Source: Sphyrna mokarran (Eukaryota). Taken from it: a stretch of 64,000 bases of DNA. Positions 12,555 to 25,652 of the stretch are shown here, piece by piece. The stretch covers positions 9,548,001 through 9,612,000 of the forward strand of contig JAGIQG010000030.1 of assembly GCA_024679065.1 (NCBI GenBank). The letters run 5' to 3'. Numbering within the stretch: position 1 is the first letter of the stretch; every line of letters starts with the position of its first letter. Position numbers and translations under genes: made by a program. The notes beneath the pieces are model-generated. The model was not told the origin of the DNA. It searched no databases and saw only the letters and a list, made by a program, of their open reading frames with translations.

Positions 12555-13710
12555 ATGGCCAGAGGGCAGATCCCATCTCCAACTAGGGATGGCAGGCAGG
12601 CTCTTTAACAGAATGGCCAATCAACGGCCTTCCAGTTTGAAAGAAGCAGCAGACCACAATAGGAGAGTTAGTGAAAAGTTGCCTCAACTTTTCAACTTTT
12701 TTTTTTAAAAAAAATTAGATTCAATAGATTCTGCAAAAATGGCCCCAGATAGAGTTTCAGCCTGATGTAGTTGAGGGATTTCCTTCCAAACATTTTGGAC
12801 ATTCTAGAATGAAATGGCTTAGGTTTAAGCTACAGGGTAGCAGATTTAAAACAGATGGAAGAGGAATTACTTTATTTAAAAGGGTAGCACATCTGTGGAA
12901 TTCTCTAAACCAGAGCATAATGGGTACTGCAACACTAACAAATTTGAAGATAGGTTTTTAATTGAAGAAAGATGAAGGATTTTGGGAAGCAGTCAGGAAG
13001 GTGGAGACGGGGCCAAGATTAGATCAGCCTTGATCATATTGAATGACAGAGTAGGCTTGAGGGGCTGAATTGCCTACAGCTGCACTAGTTATGTTATACT
13101 GAATGTTTCACAAGATAGTACATGTTTAAAACCATGACTAGTTTATCTCATTTTACTTGAACCAAGAAAAGTCTTAATGAAAACAAAACGTATTCAAAGA
13201 AACTTCAATTCTACTTTTTTTTAACTCAAAGAATTAAGAAAGTTTTTTTGAATAAAAAGACTGATAGAAAATTAATTCCATCAACTGACAAAATAATTAT
13301 TTCTATGGGTGATGTTCAGACAGAATCACGGATTATTTACTGTGTCACAATCAAAAAGAAAAGGTTTAAGTTTGAAAGCATGATTAAGCTATAGTATTGA
13401 GGCTTATTTTTCCTGCAAATCAGCTGCATGTCTTAATAAGCCAACACATAAGAATCCAAAACATAAACTCATTAGGATCAAGGCAGAATCACTTAATACA
13501 TGTCTCCTGAACTAGCAAGATTAATATTAGGGTCAGAGGCAGGTTGATGCTCCATCCATGCTGCTTTTGCAGAGGTTAGTTAATCTAAATTAAAGATTTA
13601 AAGTTGAAGCACCCTCTTGCTTACTTTATCTTCCATTGTAGTCTGTTGCTTTTTTGAAACTGGAAGGCCCTGATTGGCTGCCATCTCTAATTGGACGTCC
13701 AGTGCGGGTT
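12555..13710. repeat. Inverted pair of a short dispersed repeat (12555-12700 +, 13590-13710 -)
   Basis: tccaactagggatggcag...gccaatcaacggccttccagtttgaaagaagcagcagaccacaat versus reverse complement tccaattagagatggcagccaatcagggccttccagtttcaaaaaagcaacagactacaat. Confidence 0.65.
12800..13095 (+). mobile_element. CR1 3' end
   Basis: agcagatttaaaacagat...atctgtggaattctcta...agatcagccttgatcatattgaatg...ggcttgaggggctgaattgccta. Confidence 0.8.
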
Positions 13711-14583
13711 TGGGGGGGGGGGGGGGATGAGGGAGGAGGGGAGGACAGGAGAGGGGAGGGTCATAAATATGGCAAGTTGGAGACACAGGCTGCTGTTGCC
13801 TTTGTTTTATCCCAAATTCTGAAGTTCACTATAGGGTAGACATGGCCACATCCAGAAGATAACAACTTTGGATTGATTACATCAACTTTGTTGTAGACTT
13901 TAGATTCATTACTGATATTCTTTTCTGATAAAAAAGATAAGCATCAGCAATAAAGCCAATTTTCAGACATCCAGATTTTGATTCTTGTATTTTTTTTCAC
14001 TTCAGAATGCTTAGCTTTTGGGGATGAGCAAATTACTATTATTATCAGGATGTTTAGTCACACAATAAAACACTTGAACTAATTCATTAATCAGGCCTGG
14101 AGTCTGGAAAATGTTAGAAGGTCACGTTGTTATTTCTTCTAACTTAAGATCTGTCTTTGTTCAATGTCACATGCACTTATTTTGTTCTGTCCCAAAGTGC
14201 TTTTAGTTTTGCTCAAAGCTATTTGAAAAGAAAAAAATACTCCATCTGAAAATACTACTTTAACATGCACTAATTTTAGAAGTGGACTGCTTAAACGTAT
14301 TTCAAACTAGGTGGCCATGATATAGTATGTACTAATAGTGTCAACATGAAGTTTCAAAATCAGAAACAAATTATTCAGTATTGTAAATATTTTTGGCACT
14401 TTTTTTTCCAATGCATTGCTACTACAAGAAAACTAAAATTAATGAGTTAAAATCAAAATACTCAACTCAACAGGAGGTACAGAGGTAAAATCTCTGGCTC
14501 GCTAGTCAAGTTCCTCAACTTACCCAATAAATCGTGGGCAGCACATGTCAAGCATTTCCAGTAATAGTTAAAGGATTCCTTAC

Positions 14584-14985
14584 CTCAAATCAGCTAAAAT
14601 GCTTAAAGTTGAGGTGATATACTTTACTCCTTAGACTATTTCATAGTGCTCATGTTTCTGGCAGAGTGTTTTAATCTTTTGAAAGGCTTCCAGCATTGCA
14701 GTTTTTTTTTAAAATTAAGGCTCTTTCTCAATTCCACTCTGGTAAACAGAATTTTTATAAATTTAAAAGGAAGTGTCAGCCTCCTTAATCCCAATCAGCA
14801 AGCTGTTTATGGAGACCAAATAAGTCAGACCAATAAGTCAATAAGTCAGTATTTAATTTGAAAAAAATTAGATTCAATGCTGCCAATGGATAACTCCTTC
14901 TCATAATAATGATCTTGGCAGAAAATGAGAAACAGTTTTCCCAAGCAGTTTTCACTGCAATGGCTCCTCTGCCCATCAATGCTAC
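14584..14985 (-). other. Putative ~400-nt non-coding exon with a uORF (alternative donor extends it to 14524)
   Basis: Acceptor aatctctgcttcttcag|; donors GAG|gtaagg (14583) and TGG|gtaagt (14523). Non-repeat sequence holding only a ~63-codon ORF (14785-14976). Confidence 0.5.
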
Positions 14986-15409
14986 CTGAAGAAGCAGAGA
15001 TTAATTTTCTTCATTAGGCCCCATTTAAATTGGTAAAGTTTTAGATGTAATCTTGTTCTCTGTAGATACCTTGCTGATTGGGACAATAATAAGTTCAGTG
15101 GATAGAGATTACTTCAAGGTGGTTGACAGTTCCTTAAAATCTATTTGGTTTCCCTGCAACTGTATTTCTATTTACCAGAGTAAAACTGTGGGAAAGCGCC
15201 CCATGTTTTAAAAAACTGGACTGCCAGAAATCCCTTCAGTGCCACAGGCAGTCTGAAATAGTCCAAAACAAAACAAGCAATATAGCTCCTCAAATTCTGC
15301 AACTGATTTAGCTAAGAAATCCTTTAAACGTAACTAGAAATGCCTGATATGTACTGTTCGTGATTAGTGAATAAGTTGAAGAACATTTTAGTAACCAGCT
15401 TCAAGCTAG

Positions 15410-15788
15410 AAGAGGTGATGGCCTAGTGATCTTATTGTTAGACTATTAATCCAGAAAATCAGGTAAAGTTCTGGAGACATGGGTTCGAATCCCACCATAG
15501 CAGCCAGTAGAATTTGAATTCATTAAAAAATATCTGGAATTAGGAATCAATTGAAGATGATAAAATCATTGTTGATTGTCAGAAAAACCCATCTGGTCCT
15601 TCAGGGGAGGAAATCTGCCATCCTCACTTGGTCTGGCCCATATGTGACTCTAAAGCCACAACAATTTGGTTGACTCTCAACTACCTTCTGAAATGGCCTA
15701 GCAAGACATTTGTTCAAAGACAACTAGAAATGGACAATAAATGCTGGTCCAGCCAGCGATGCACATGTTCCATGAATGAATTAAAAAA
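15410..15788 (+). mobile_element. Near full-length tRNA-headed SINE sharing its 3' tail with the LINE at 53757-54440
   Basis: A-box-like tggcctagtg, B-box ggttcgaatcc (15482-15492), body aaaacccatctggt..gaaatctgccatcct, tail caataaatgctggtccagccagcgatgcacatgttccatgaatgaattaaaaa. Confidence 0.85.
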
Positions 15789-16496
15789 GCTAACATAGTA
15801 AATGGGCTTGTTGTTCCATTATCAGGTTTGTGGTTAAGGTGTCTATTGAGTATTTATTTCAGCACAAATGAGAGAACAAACTAAACAGCTTCATTCTCTA
15901 AACTCCAGGTTCACAAAACAGAACAAAAAAAAGAAAGCATAAATAGAAATATAAAATGATGCCAGCATGGTGCACACTGCAAGACACTAAAGTGGTCTCA
16001 ATCAATGACATCTTCACAGCAAATCTCCCATATCCACTAATGCTGGAATACGGGAAGATGCGTTTTTAATCTGGTTTTCATGGCTAATGGTCTTAGAGTC
16101 AGATAGAATTAGTCGCAATCAAATGGAAACCTAAAAGGCCTGGCTTTCAAGAACAAACAGTATGGATACGCAACTGACACAAATTTAAAAGCTTCTGAGG
16201 TTAGAGTTTTGTGGGCCAAAATATCTAGGTCTGAGAGTTGCATTTGACTAAAAGACTAAGATTTGAACATCCAAACCTTAAAACCAAAAGCATGCATTAA
16301 AACACCTCAGTCCATATACTCAGACTTTCACAAGATAAAAGAAAGCCGTCAGGCCATTTGATCTCAGCCATCCAAAGTACTAACCCAATTGGCTTTCAGA
16401 TGCAGCCTTTTTCAGATTTTTGACTGCGCCCAGTGTCTTGGCCTCAAAAAAAAAACAAGCCTTCCCAGCAACTCATTCCAGCTTTAATTTTCAATT

Positions 16497-18947
16497 CAAA
16501 GAACAAAGAACAAAACAGCACGGGAAACAGGCCCTTTGGCCCAACGAGCCCGCGCCACCACCCCGATGTTCCCACCTCTACCTGTGATCCTTGTCTTTGT
16601 TTATAGATCTATGGATTGAAACCAAATTTGAGACAATTTAGGGAGAACTTATTCTGCCAATCAGCCTAACAGCACATCTTTGGGATGTGGGAGGAAACCG
16701 GAGCACCCGGAGAAAACCCACGCAAGCACAGGGAGAACGTGCAAACTCCCACAGACACAGGCCCAAATCCATGTATCTGCACAGCACAGCGATAGTCACT
16801 GAGCTGTCGTGCTGCCCATCAAATGGTCCAGGTCAAGCATACACTAACGACGTGAAGCACTAGGATACTCTCGAAAAATCCAAGAGCAGCCCTCTCACGA
16901 CCCATCGCGTGTATGCCCCTTGTTAGACAACAAGGTGGACCAAAGCACCTGTAGGATAAAAACAAGTATATCAATATCATCATCTATTTACACACTTCCC
17001 AGGGACTCCCAAGGCTCATGACCCCTATTTTAAATCAGTTTTCTATACCCCTCCATTCCCATTCTGTTCATGTGCCCATCTAAGTATCTCTTAAATAACT
17101 CCAGAGTGCCTGCCTCCACCACTTTACTTGGCAGCGCATTCCATACCCCCACCACCCTCTGTGTGAAAAAACTCCCTCTAGCATCCAAATTATACCTTAC
17201 CCCCCTCACCCTAAGCCCATGACCTCTCATGCTATTCGAGTCCATCCTAGGAAAAAGCTTAACCCTGTTTACTCTATCTATGCCCCCCATAATCTTGTAC
17301 ACCTCTCCTCTAAGTCTATGTCTTTCGAAGGAAAACGGCCTCAATTTGCCTAACCTCTCCTCGTAACTCAGACCTTCTATACCAGGCAACATCTTGGTAA
17401 ACCTCCTCTGCACTCTCTCCTGAGTCTCCACATTCTTCCAGTAGTAAAGCGACCAGAACTGGACGCAGTATTCCAAATGAGGTCTAACCAACATTTTATA
17501 CAACTGCAACATTAAAGGCCAGCTCTTGTACTCTATACCCCTTCCTATGAAGGCTAGCATACCATATGCTTTCTTCACAACATTCTCCACCTGCTCTGCC
17601 ACCTTCAGAGACTTGCGCGCCTGCACCCCCAGGTCCCTCTGTGTTTCTATACTCTTAATAGGTCTACCCTTTATCATATACCTCCCCCCTACATTCTTTC
17701 TCCCAAAATGCATCACCTCACATTTATCAGGGTTGAATTCCATCTGCCATCTATCTGCCCAAGCTACCAACCTATCTACGTCCTCCTGAATCGCCTGACA
17801 ATGCTCTTCACTATCCGCAAGTCCAGCCATCTTTGTATCGTCTGCAAACTTGCTGATCACTCCACTTACTCCCTCTTCCAAGTCATTTATATATATTACA
17901 AATAGAAGAGGTCCCGAGCCCTGCAGCACACCACTAGTGATCGACCTCCAGCTAGAAAAACACCCTTCCACTATTACTCTGTCTCCTATTACTAAGCCAG
18001 TTACTTACCCATCTAGCTACCTGTCCTTGTATTCCATTAGCCTTGACCTTCTTAACTAACCTCCCATGAGGGACTTTGTCAAACGCCTTACTGAAATCCA
18101 CATAGACGATATCAACGGCTCACCCTTCGCCCACCGTTTTCATCACCTCTACCAGATTCGTAAGGCACGACCTCCCCTTAACAAAGCCATGCTGTGTATC
18201 CCTAATCAGATCGCAAGTGCCTATACATCCTAAGAATCCCCTCCAACAGCTTCTCTACCACTGGCGTCAAACTCACCAGCCTATAATTTCCAGGGTTATC
18301 CCTACTACCCTTTTTAAACAACAGTACAACATTAGCTATTCTCCAGTCCTCTGCGACCTCACCTGTGTCCAAAGAAGAGACAAAGATTTGCCTCAGAGGC
18401 CCAGCAATTTCACCCCTCACCTCCCTAAGCAGCCTGGGATAAATGTCATCAGGCCCCGGAGATTTATCAGTTTTAATGCTACCTAGAAGCTCTCATACTT
18501 CCTCCCTCAGAATGGATATTTCCCTCAACTGGTTCACAGCTCCCTCAGAGACAGGAGCGGTCAACAAGCCCCTCTCCTTCGTGAGTACCGATGCAAAGTA
18601 TTCATTCAGGATCTCCCCCATTCCCTCAGGCTGTAAGCACAGTTCCCCTCCTCTGCCCCCAAGAGGTCCGATGTTTCCTCTAACCACCCTTTTATTCCTA
18701 ACATAGGAATAAAAAGCCTTTGGATTTTCCTTAATCCTATCCGCCAAAACCATTTCATGTCCCCTTTTTGCCCTTCTAAGTCCCCGTTTGAGCTCTCTCC
18801 TACTGTCTCTATATTCCTCCAACGCTGTCTCAATTCCCAGCTGCTTTGACCTATCATATGCCTCTCCTTTCTTCCTAAGGAAGTCCTCAAAATCAATAGT
18901 AATCCACGGCTCTCTAATTCTACCTTTCCCATCTTTCCTCCTTTTAC
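16497..18947 (-). mobile_element. Young 5'-truncated CR1 LINE with a composite 3'UTR (structured domain plus embedded V-SINE)
   Basis: ORF2 pieces IKENPKAFYSYVRNKR, GSRDNPGNYRLVSLT, ISKFADDTK, LEYCVQFWS; stop at 17030; V-SINE body at 16660-16820; (GTTCTTT)n tail. Confidence 0.92.
17030..17971 (-). pseudogene. C-terminal part of CR1 ORF2 (reverse transcriptase), 313 open codons
   Basis: SGVLQGS..PLLFVIYINDL, FADDTK, KMLVRPHLEYCVQFWS, FFTQRVVGVWNALP; upstream part frameshifted. Confidence 0.9.
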
Positions 18948-20999
18948 AGTAAAGCAACTGACCTGGAACTCTGCATTGTAAGATTATAAAATCTAGGATA
19001 AGCAAATCACTGAGAAAGTTGCAAGCAGACTGTTGTAACAGTCTCTGTACTTTAACAACATATGTGGCATAACACAGAACAGAAAATCTATTACACCAAG
19101 CCAAATTTGCTGTACTTCAACAATACTAATACACCAGTAACCCCAAATAATGCAAAACAGTTCAATGAATGTGCAATGTCTCACGTAAACTTTTATACAG
19201 ATTGAACATTTTTGCTTTCTTGAATATGCTCTAATGCTATAATGACAACAAGAATAGAACTACATGGAAAGTATTTAAAAGGAAAAACTGTAAGAAACAG
19301 TTTTATCACAAAACTTGATAAATGATAATTCAGGATGATAGCTTTAATGGGCTATGAAGTAAATTGATTTGTAGCTTTGACATATGGTAGTTCACAGATG
19401 AAAGATAGCCATTACGCTACAAGTTGCGAATGAATTAGTGTCAGAAAAAGAACACTTGGAATTTGACACTGGTGAGAAATAACTTGTACATTCCGTTGCC
19501 ATGTCCAATGTGGCAAAATTTTGAAAAGTTCAGCATTTCCAGCATAGCAGATATTCACAGATGTTGACTGCCTTTTGTAGCACTGATTATCACCAGTAAC
19601 CTCAAATATTAACAATGTCACACACACAAAAAAAATGTGGCCATCATCACATTCAGGAAGTTAAATAGAAAGAAAAAAAAGACTTCTCAATAGCCAAAGG
19701 TCAGCGCTAACTAGGACGCTGGACATGGTTTGATTGAGGAATAGGGAACATCACAGAATTCAAACATTGCTCATATCCTCAAAGTCAACAAACGCTGTTG
19801 AAAACTATATTTCCCTTTTTGTAACTGAAACTGAGAAACCAATCCCCTTGGCAGTTTCCATCCACAATTTCCCTCCCCAATTTTTTTGAATACCCACCCC
19901 CTACATTTGAGCTCCATGACTTGTAATGCCACTGAAAAATCAAACTAAAAAAACTTTATCCTATGGAAGTACAGTTTCACAGCATTGAATCCTCACTTGC
20001 ATTCCCCACTTTGCTGGTTGGGAATATTCATTCCCAACTTCCCGTTGCTTGGCCACTCACTGGAAGCTAATCTTCTAGACGTTGCTATAGGTATACCCTT
20101 TCCTTCCCTCAAAAAGTTCTATTTGCCATCTTCAAAAAACTGAGTTCGACTCCTTCTTTTGACTACTACTTTTCTGATCAGTATAAAGTATTGCCCATTG
20201 TTTCACACATCAATCGCTTTGCAAACACGTTGTTTTCAAAGTTGATCTACGCAGGCTGGAGAAAATAAATAGGAGTACATGTGAAAGAAGGATAAGAAAA
20301 AGTAGATGTAATACAGCCAATAACATTGGCAACTGTAACAAACAGGCAAAAGCCATTTCATTGCAAAGTTTTGAACACAACCTGAAATTACAAATGCGAT
20401 ACAGCAGTCCATACAAGCCATCTATTAAATTTAAATACTATTTCTTTCAAATGAGGGCATGTGGATATCAAGTTAGACTTGCATTTTAGTACACAGTCTA
20501 ATTCAAATTTCTGCTCAGCTCCATCTCTGATATCAAATTTGTAATATAACCGTTTAGTGCACGTGAAAAAGGAAACGGATACAGCCTGCAAAGCAAATTC
20601 ATTTCAGATTTACACAGTTCGATTGAAACTCAAGCGTAAACATCATCATCAGTGCTTCAAGTGACAGAATTCCCAATTCTACCTCCTTAAAATTCTTCAA
20701 CTGACAGGCAAAAGGAGAACTTGGGGAAAAACTTAGAGACGTATGTTAATGTTTTTAAAGTTCAAGTGCAAATTTTAATACTTGAATGTGGAATTATGGT
20801 TAAATTTCTGGTTATGAATAGAAAACAATTAGCTATCATGATGTCCTTAATTTCAGGGTGATTAAATTAGAAATCTGCAAACAGATTATAAAAGAAAATA
20901 CTTAATTGTTTTCCTTCGAGTTGTCTTCTGGTGATTTGTCTCTAATCACTTTGCAGTTATCATATCGTAGATATACTTTTGCCCATGCATTAAATCTAC

Positions 21000-22290
21000 A
21001 AAGGAAAGACTGGTCATTGGCGTCAATATAGAAAGTCATCCTATGGTATTTAATAAGAACATTGTAAAACAAAATTTAACACTGATCTACACAAAGAAAT
21101 ATTAAGACAGATGATCAATAGTTTGATCAAAGGTAGATTTTAAGGAGGATTTTAAAAGATAAATTAGAGGAAGAAAAGCAGAGACGTTTGGGAATTTAGG
21201 GTCTTGGCAACTGAAAGCACAACTTTCAATAGTGAGTCATTAAATAAATTTAATTCACAGGATTTGGACATACTATCCATCTCTAATTACCCTTGAGAAG
21301 ATGCTGAAAAACTGCCTTCAACTGCTGCTGTATAGTGAAGGCATTCCCATGTCACTGTTAGGCAGAATTCCAGGATTACATCCAGCATCGATAAAAGAAT
21401 GGCAGCATACTTTCAAGTGAGGACGATGGGTGACCAGGAGGTAGTGGGATTCTCATAGACCTACCTCATTTGTTCTTGTTCTTCTAAGTGTTAGAACTCA
21501 CAGGTTTGGGAGGTGTTATCAAGACGCCTTGGTAAATTGTTGCAGGTATCTTGTAGATGATATCCATGGAGTATCTGCAGTGCATGGATTGAATGTTTAA
21601 AGCACTGGTTGGGATGTCAGTCAAGCAAGCTGTTTTATGATGATGAATAGTGTCAAGCTTCACGTGCTATTGGAGATGGATTCATTAAACTAAGAAGCAC
21701 ATTTTCCATTATGTTTCTGACTTAGACCGCATTATTGACAAAGACACTTGGGAAATCAAGGGATGAGATTAAAAATTGGTATGTTCAAGAAGTCATAACT
21801 TAAGGACCACAGGTATCTCTGAGGTGGCAGTCTAGGTCTGCAAGAGATTGGAAACATTAGCAGATGCAAGAGGTGAGGGGGTAGTTCTGTGCTTGAATTG
21901 AAAACAAGATTGAAAATTCTGAAACAATGGTTTTGCTGAACCAGGAACAAATGTAGCTCAATGAATACAGGTAGGTAAATGGGATCTCAAATTAAGATGA
22001 CCTCGAGTTTACAAAAGGCAGACCCAGGAATGTGCTGGAATAGTTAAGCAGAGCTAACAAAGATGTGGGTTCCAGCAACAGGCGACCTGAGACACAGATT
22101 GTATTCAGCAATACTACAGAGGTAAAAATAGTCTTCGTGATTATGTCAAAACATAGTTGGAAGCCCAAAGATCAACAATTTGGTTTAGCCTCAGACAAAC
22201 CCCTGGGTGAGGCATGCGTTGATGGCTAGGAAACAGAGTTTATAACAGGTACTGCAAACAATGGCTTTAGCTTTCCTAATATCCTAAAAC
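21000..22290 (-). mobile_element. Old L2-like LINE 3' fragment, interrupted at ~21245-21755 by a LINE fragment of the 53757 family
   Basis: acagatgatcaatagtttgatcaaag...ttttaaggagg is homologous to 61890-61980; insert matches 55-300 (ccttgagaagatgctg...ttccaggatt..cagc). Confidence 0.55.
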
Positions 22291-22714
22291 AAATGCGCCT
22301 GCTCCCAAAAATTATTCATTACAGCATAAAAATTCTTTACAGTTATAAAATATAATGTGGCAGATTTGACTACTGATCCAGGTTTCTAAAACATGTTATG
22401 ATTTTACTGTTGCACCCAATATTTAGTACTTTTATGGTCGTTGCATAATTTAAGCTTTCATTTATATTATATAGTATTGACCTACTTTGCATTTAAATAG
22501 ATATTAGCATTAATGAATTTAACAGGTTTGTATTCCAGGTTAGCAACAGGCACATTGATAGATTAAATATTTATGAAGTAAAACTCTATTTCACCACAGT
22601 GTGATAAAAAAATTACCCAATTGTGTTATTGTTTGTACTTTCCAACCATCTGTATCATTTTGGAGTGGAGTTACCAGTTCAAGCTCAAAGCTACCAAAAC
22701 ATCAAGTCACATTA

Positions 22715-23130
22715 TTTTATTCTTTCTGGTTGTATCACTGCTTGGTGTGATTCCTGCTCTGCCCAAGACTGCAAAAATAAAACGAAGGCTCATGAACGAA
22801 GCCCAGTCCATCACACAAACCAGTTCCCATCCACTTTGTCTGCACTTTCCGCTGCCTTGGGAAAGCAGCCAGCATAATGAATGACCCCCATGCACTCTGG
22901 ACATACTCTCTTCCATCTTCTTCCATCATAAAAAAGATACAGAAGTCTGAGGTCAGGTACCAAAACAACTCAAGAACAACTTCTTCCCTTCTGCCATCAG
23001 ATTTTTGAATGCGTCTACCTTGCATAAAGTTGATCTTTCTCTATACCGTAGCTATGACTATAACACTACATTTTGCACTCTCGCCTTTCTTTCTCTATGA
23101 ATAGTATGCTTTGTCTGTAGAGCAATAATA
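22715..23130 (+). mobile_element. Rex1/Babar LINE 3' fragment
   Basis: ILSGCITAWCDSCSAQDCK, NEAQSITQT; 3'UTR caagaacaacttcttcccttctgccatcaga. Confidence 0.8.
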
Positions 23131-24941
23131 AATGTTAGGATATTTCAAGTATGGAAAACTTCCACTTCCTTCTTGGCAAATTGGAAAATAAACAATAGTT
23201 TATTCGGATTCAATTACACTGGCAATTGTAATGCTACTATGCACCATAGAATTTCATTTAAATGTCAGGTGTTCTTATAAATATGCAGAAGTCTTTCAAG
23301 GATATTCATCAGTATCTTGAACATTCATTGTTTATTTGATCATATTCAAGATATGCACCAGAAGAGTCAACGACATAACATTAACCACCAACATTACATT
23401 GAGAATCTTGTCAACAAAGCATCATTGAAAGTTATTGTAAGAGTAGAAGATATCAAGTATCTAAGATGACCATACCAATAAAACAAATATTTTTTGTTGA
23501 ATTAGTAATTAAAATATGGAATACATTATATATAGTCTATTTTGCATTATTTAACTGGGAATTAGGCATTTGAAGATTTTTTAAAGCACGTGCAAAACAA
23601 GGAAATAAACCAAATAGCTGTGTGAAAAATATTTTAAATAAATCAAATAATTGCAGAAGCAGTTAAACCCAAAAGATTAAATGCAAGAGGAGTCAAAGAT
23701 CATATTTTGAAAGTTTTAAATGATCAGTCTTCTTTGAATTGCCAATTAGTTTTGCTCTGTGGGCTCATGCTCACAGACCGAAGTTCTTTTTCCAGCACAG
23801 CAAATAGAAAATAACCAATCTAATTCAGATGGAATCTCAAATCTATCGCAGATTTGTTTTAAAATCATTCTTTACACTTTTAACCTTTTCAGTTGAAACA
23901 TGCAAAAGGAGGTTTAGGAACACAGTCTCTAAGCAGAGCTGGAAAAACTAAGTAATAACCTATGCTCACTTTGTACAGGCTCACACTATTCCTTGTCCCT
24001 TCCTGTAATCTCTTCAATACCAACCAAGCAGTTGCACCACTGCCAAGGAATTTCAACTACTACCAAAGTGCAGTCCTGCAAACATATCTAAACATAATAC
24101 TGATTCAACTAAGCACATTTAAAAAAACTTGTTTAATTCGTGAAATGTCATTATTTGAAAAGAAAAATATTTAATTGTACAGAGAAAATGTGTTTAAATG
24201 AAGAAGAAAAAACAAGATCTGGAGAAACATGATTGATTAAATGGTGAAAATTTTTTCTGGCATCAATTAAGCCATCATAAACGAATTCAGACACAAGTGG
24301 TTTCTGAAATTCAGCAATGTTTTAAAACATATTACATGTTCTCCATTCATTAACTGACAGTCTCGTCTAGCACAGCTGCTCACTTAAAATTGAATCCATA
24401 ATTCATGTGACTCTAAGTTGAATTTCAAATGCGACAAAGTATTTTGGCAAAACTATTCGCTTCCAACTCCACAGCATTCCGCTTACTTCTCTAAATCACC
24501 AACTTTGTGACCAGAAACCAGATTTCTCCCAAGCTGCTCTGACCAATTCCATCTTTACCCTATATACACCAATATATAAATTTCTACAACCTAAAAGGTT
24601 GAAATTCATTATTTCAGTCCTATTGATCACTGGCTGTTAGTGTTGTGTTTCAAATTCTTCCATGCCCAGCTGCAACTCTTCACAACTGACACAGTGAGGT
24701 CATCAATTCCACCACCATGTAGTAGTAGCTTGTGGTCATCATAACTTTGTACAATTATTTTCCTAATTCTCAACTTGTGACCTATTTTCAACCTTTTTTT
24801 GGTAGAAAGCTAAGAAAAACATATTTTACTGAGAACACCTTGAGCCACTTCTGTAAACTTCCTTTACTTTCTGTTGCTTGGTCTCCACCGTTCCCTCTTG
24901 TAAAATGCTTAGAAACATTTAATTCCATGAAAAACACCACA

Positions 24942-25652
24942 TAAGAACAAACAAAACAGCCAGGGAAACAGGCCCTTCGGCCCAACGAGCCTGCGCTGCC
25001 ACCCCAATGTTCCCACCTCTACCCGTGATCCCTGTCTATCTTTATAGATCTATGGATTAAAAACCAAATTTGAGACAATTTAGGGAGAATTTATTTTGCC
25101 AATTAGCCTAAGAGCACATCTTTGGGATGTGGGAGGAAACTGGAGCACCTGGAGAAAACCCACGCAAGCATGGAGAGAATGCGCAAACTCCCACAGACAC
25201 AGACCCAAATCCATGTATCTGCACAGCACAGCGATAGTCACTGAGCTGTCGTGTTGCCCATCAGATGGTCCAGGTCAAGCATACACTAACGACATGAAGC
25301 ACTAGGATACTCTCGAAAAAAATCCAAGAGCAGCCCTCTCATGACCCATTGCATGACCCATTCCCTTGTTAGACAACAAGGTGGACCAAAGCACCTGTAG
25401 GATAAAAACAAGTACATCAATATCATCTATTTACACTATTTTAAAATCAGTTTTCTATACCCCTCCGTTATCCATTCTGTTCATGTGCCCATCTAAGTAT
25501 TTCTTAAATTACTCCAGAGTGCCTGCCTCCACCACTTTACTTGGCAGCACATTCCATACCCCCACCACCCTCTGTGCGAAAAAACTCCCTCTAGCATTCA
25601 AATTATACCTTACCCCCTTCACCGTAAGCCTGTGACCCCTCATGCTATTTGA
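24942..25652 (-). mobile_element. Second, shorter copy of the composite CR1/V-SINE element
   Basis: Colinear and highly similar to 16497-17240: tail, V-SINE, structured domain and the last ~70 codons of ORF2. Confidence 0.92.

Noticed and set aside
13660-13770. Paired ATTGG boxes and a G-run resembling an alternative promoter
   Set aside because: The CCAAT-containing part matches the dispersed repeat at 12555-12700, and there is no CpG island
15415-15500. A/B-box tRNA-like sequence
   Set aside because: SINE head with no cloverleaf; not a tRNA gene
16824-16942. 5S rRNA or Y RNA identity for the 119-nt structured domain
   Set aside because: Similar length and junction topology, but no recognisable 5S internal control boxes or Y RNA conserved stem sequence
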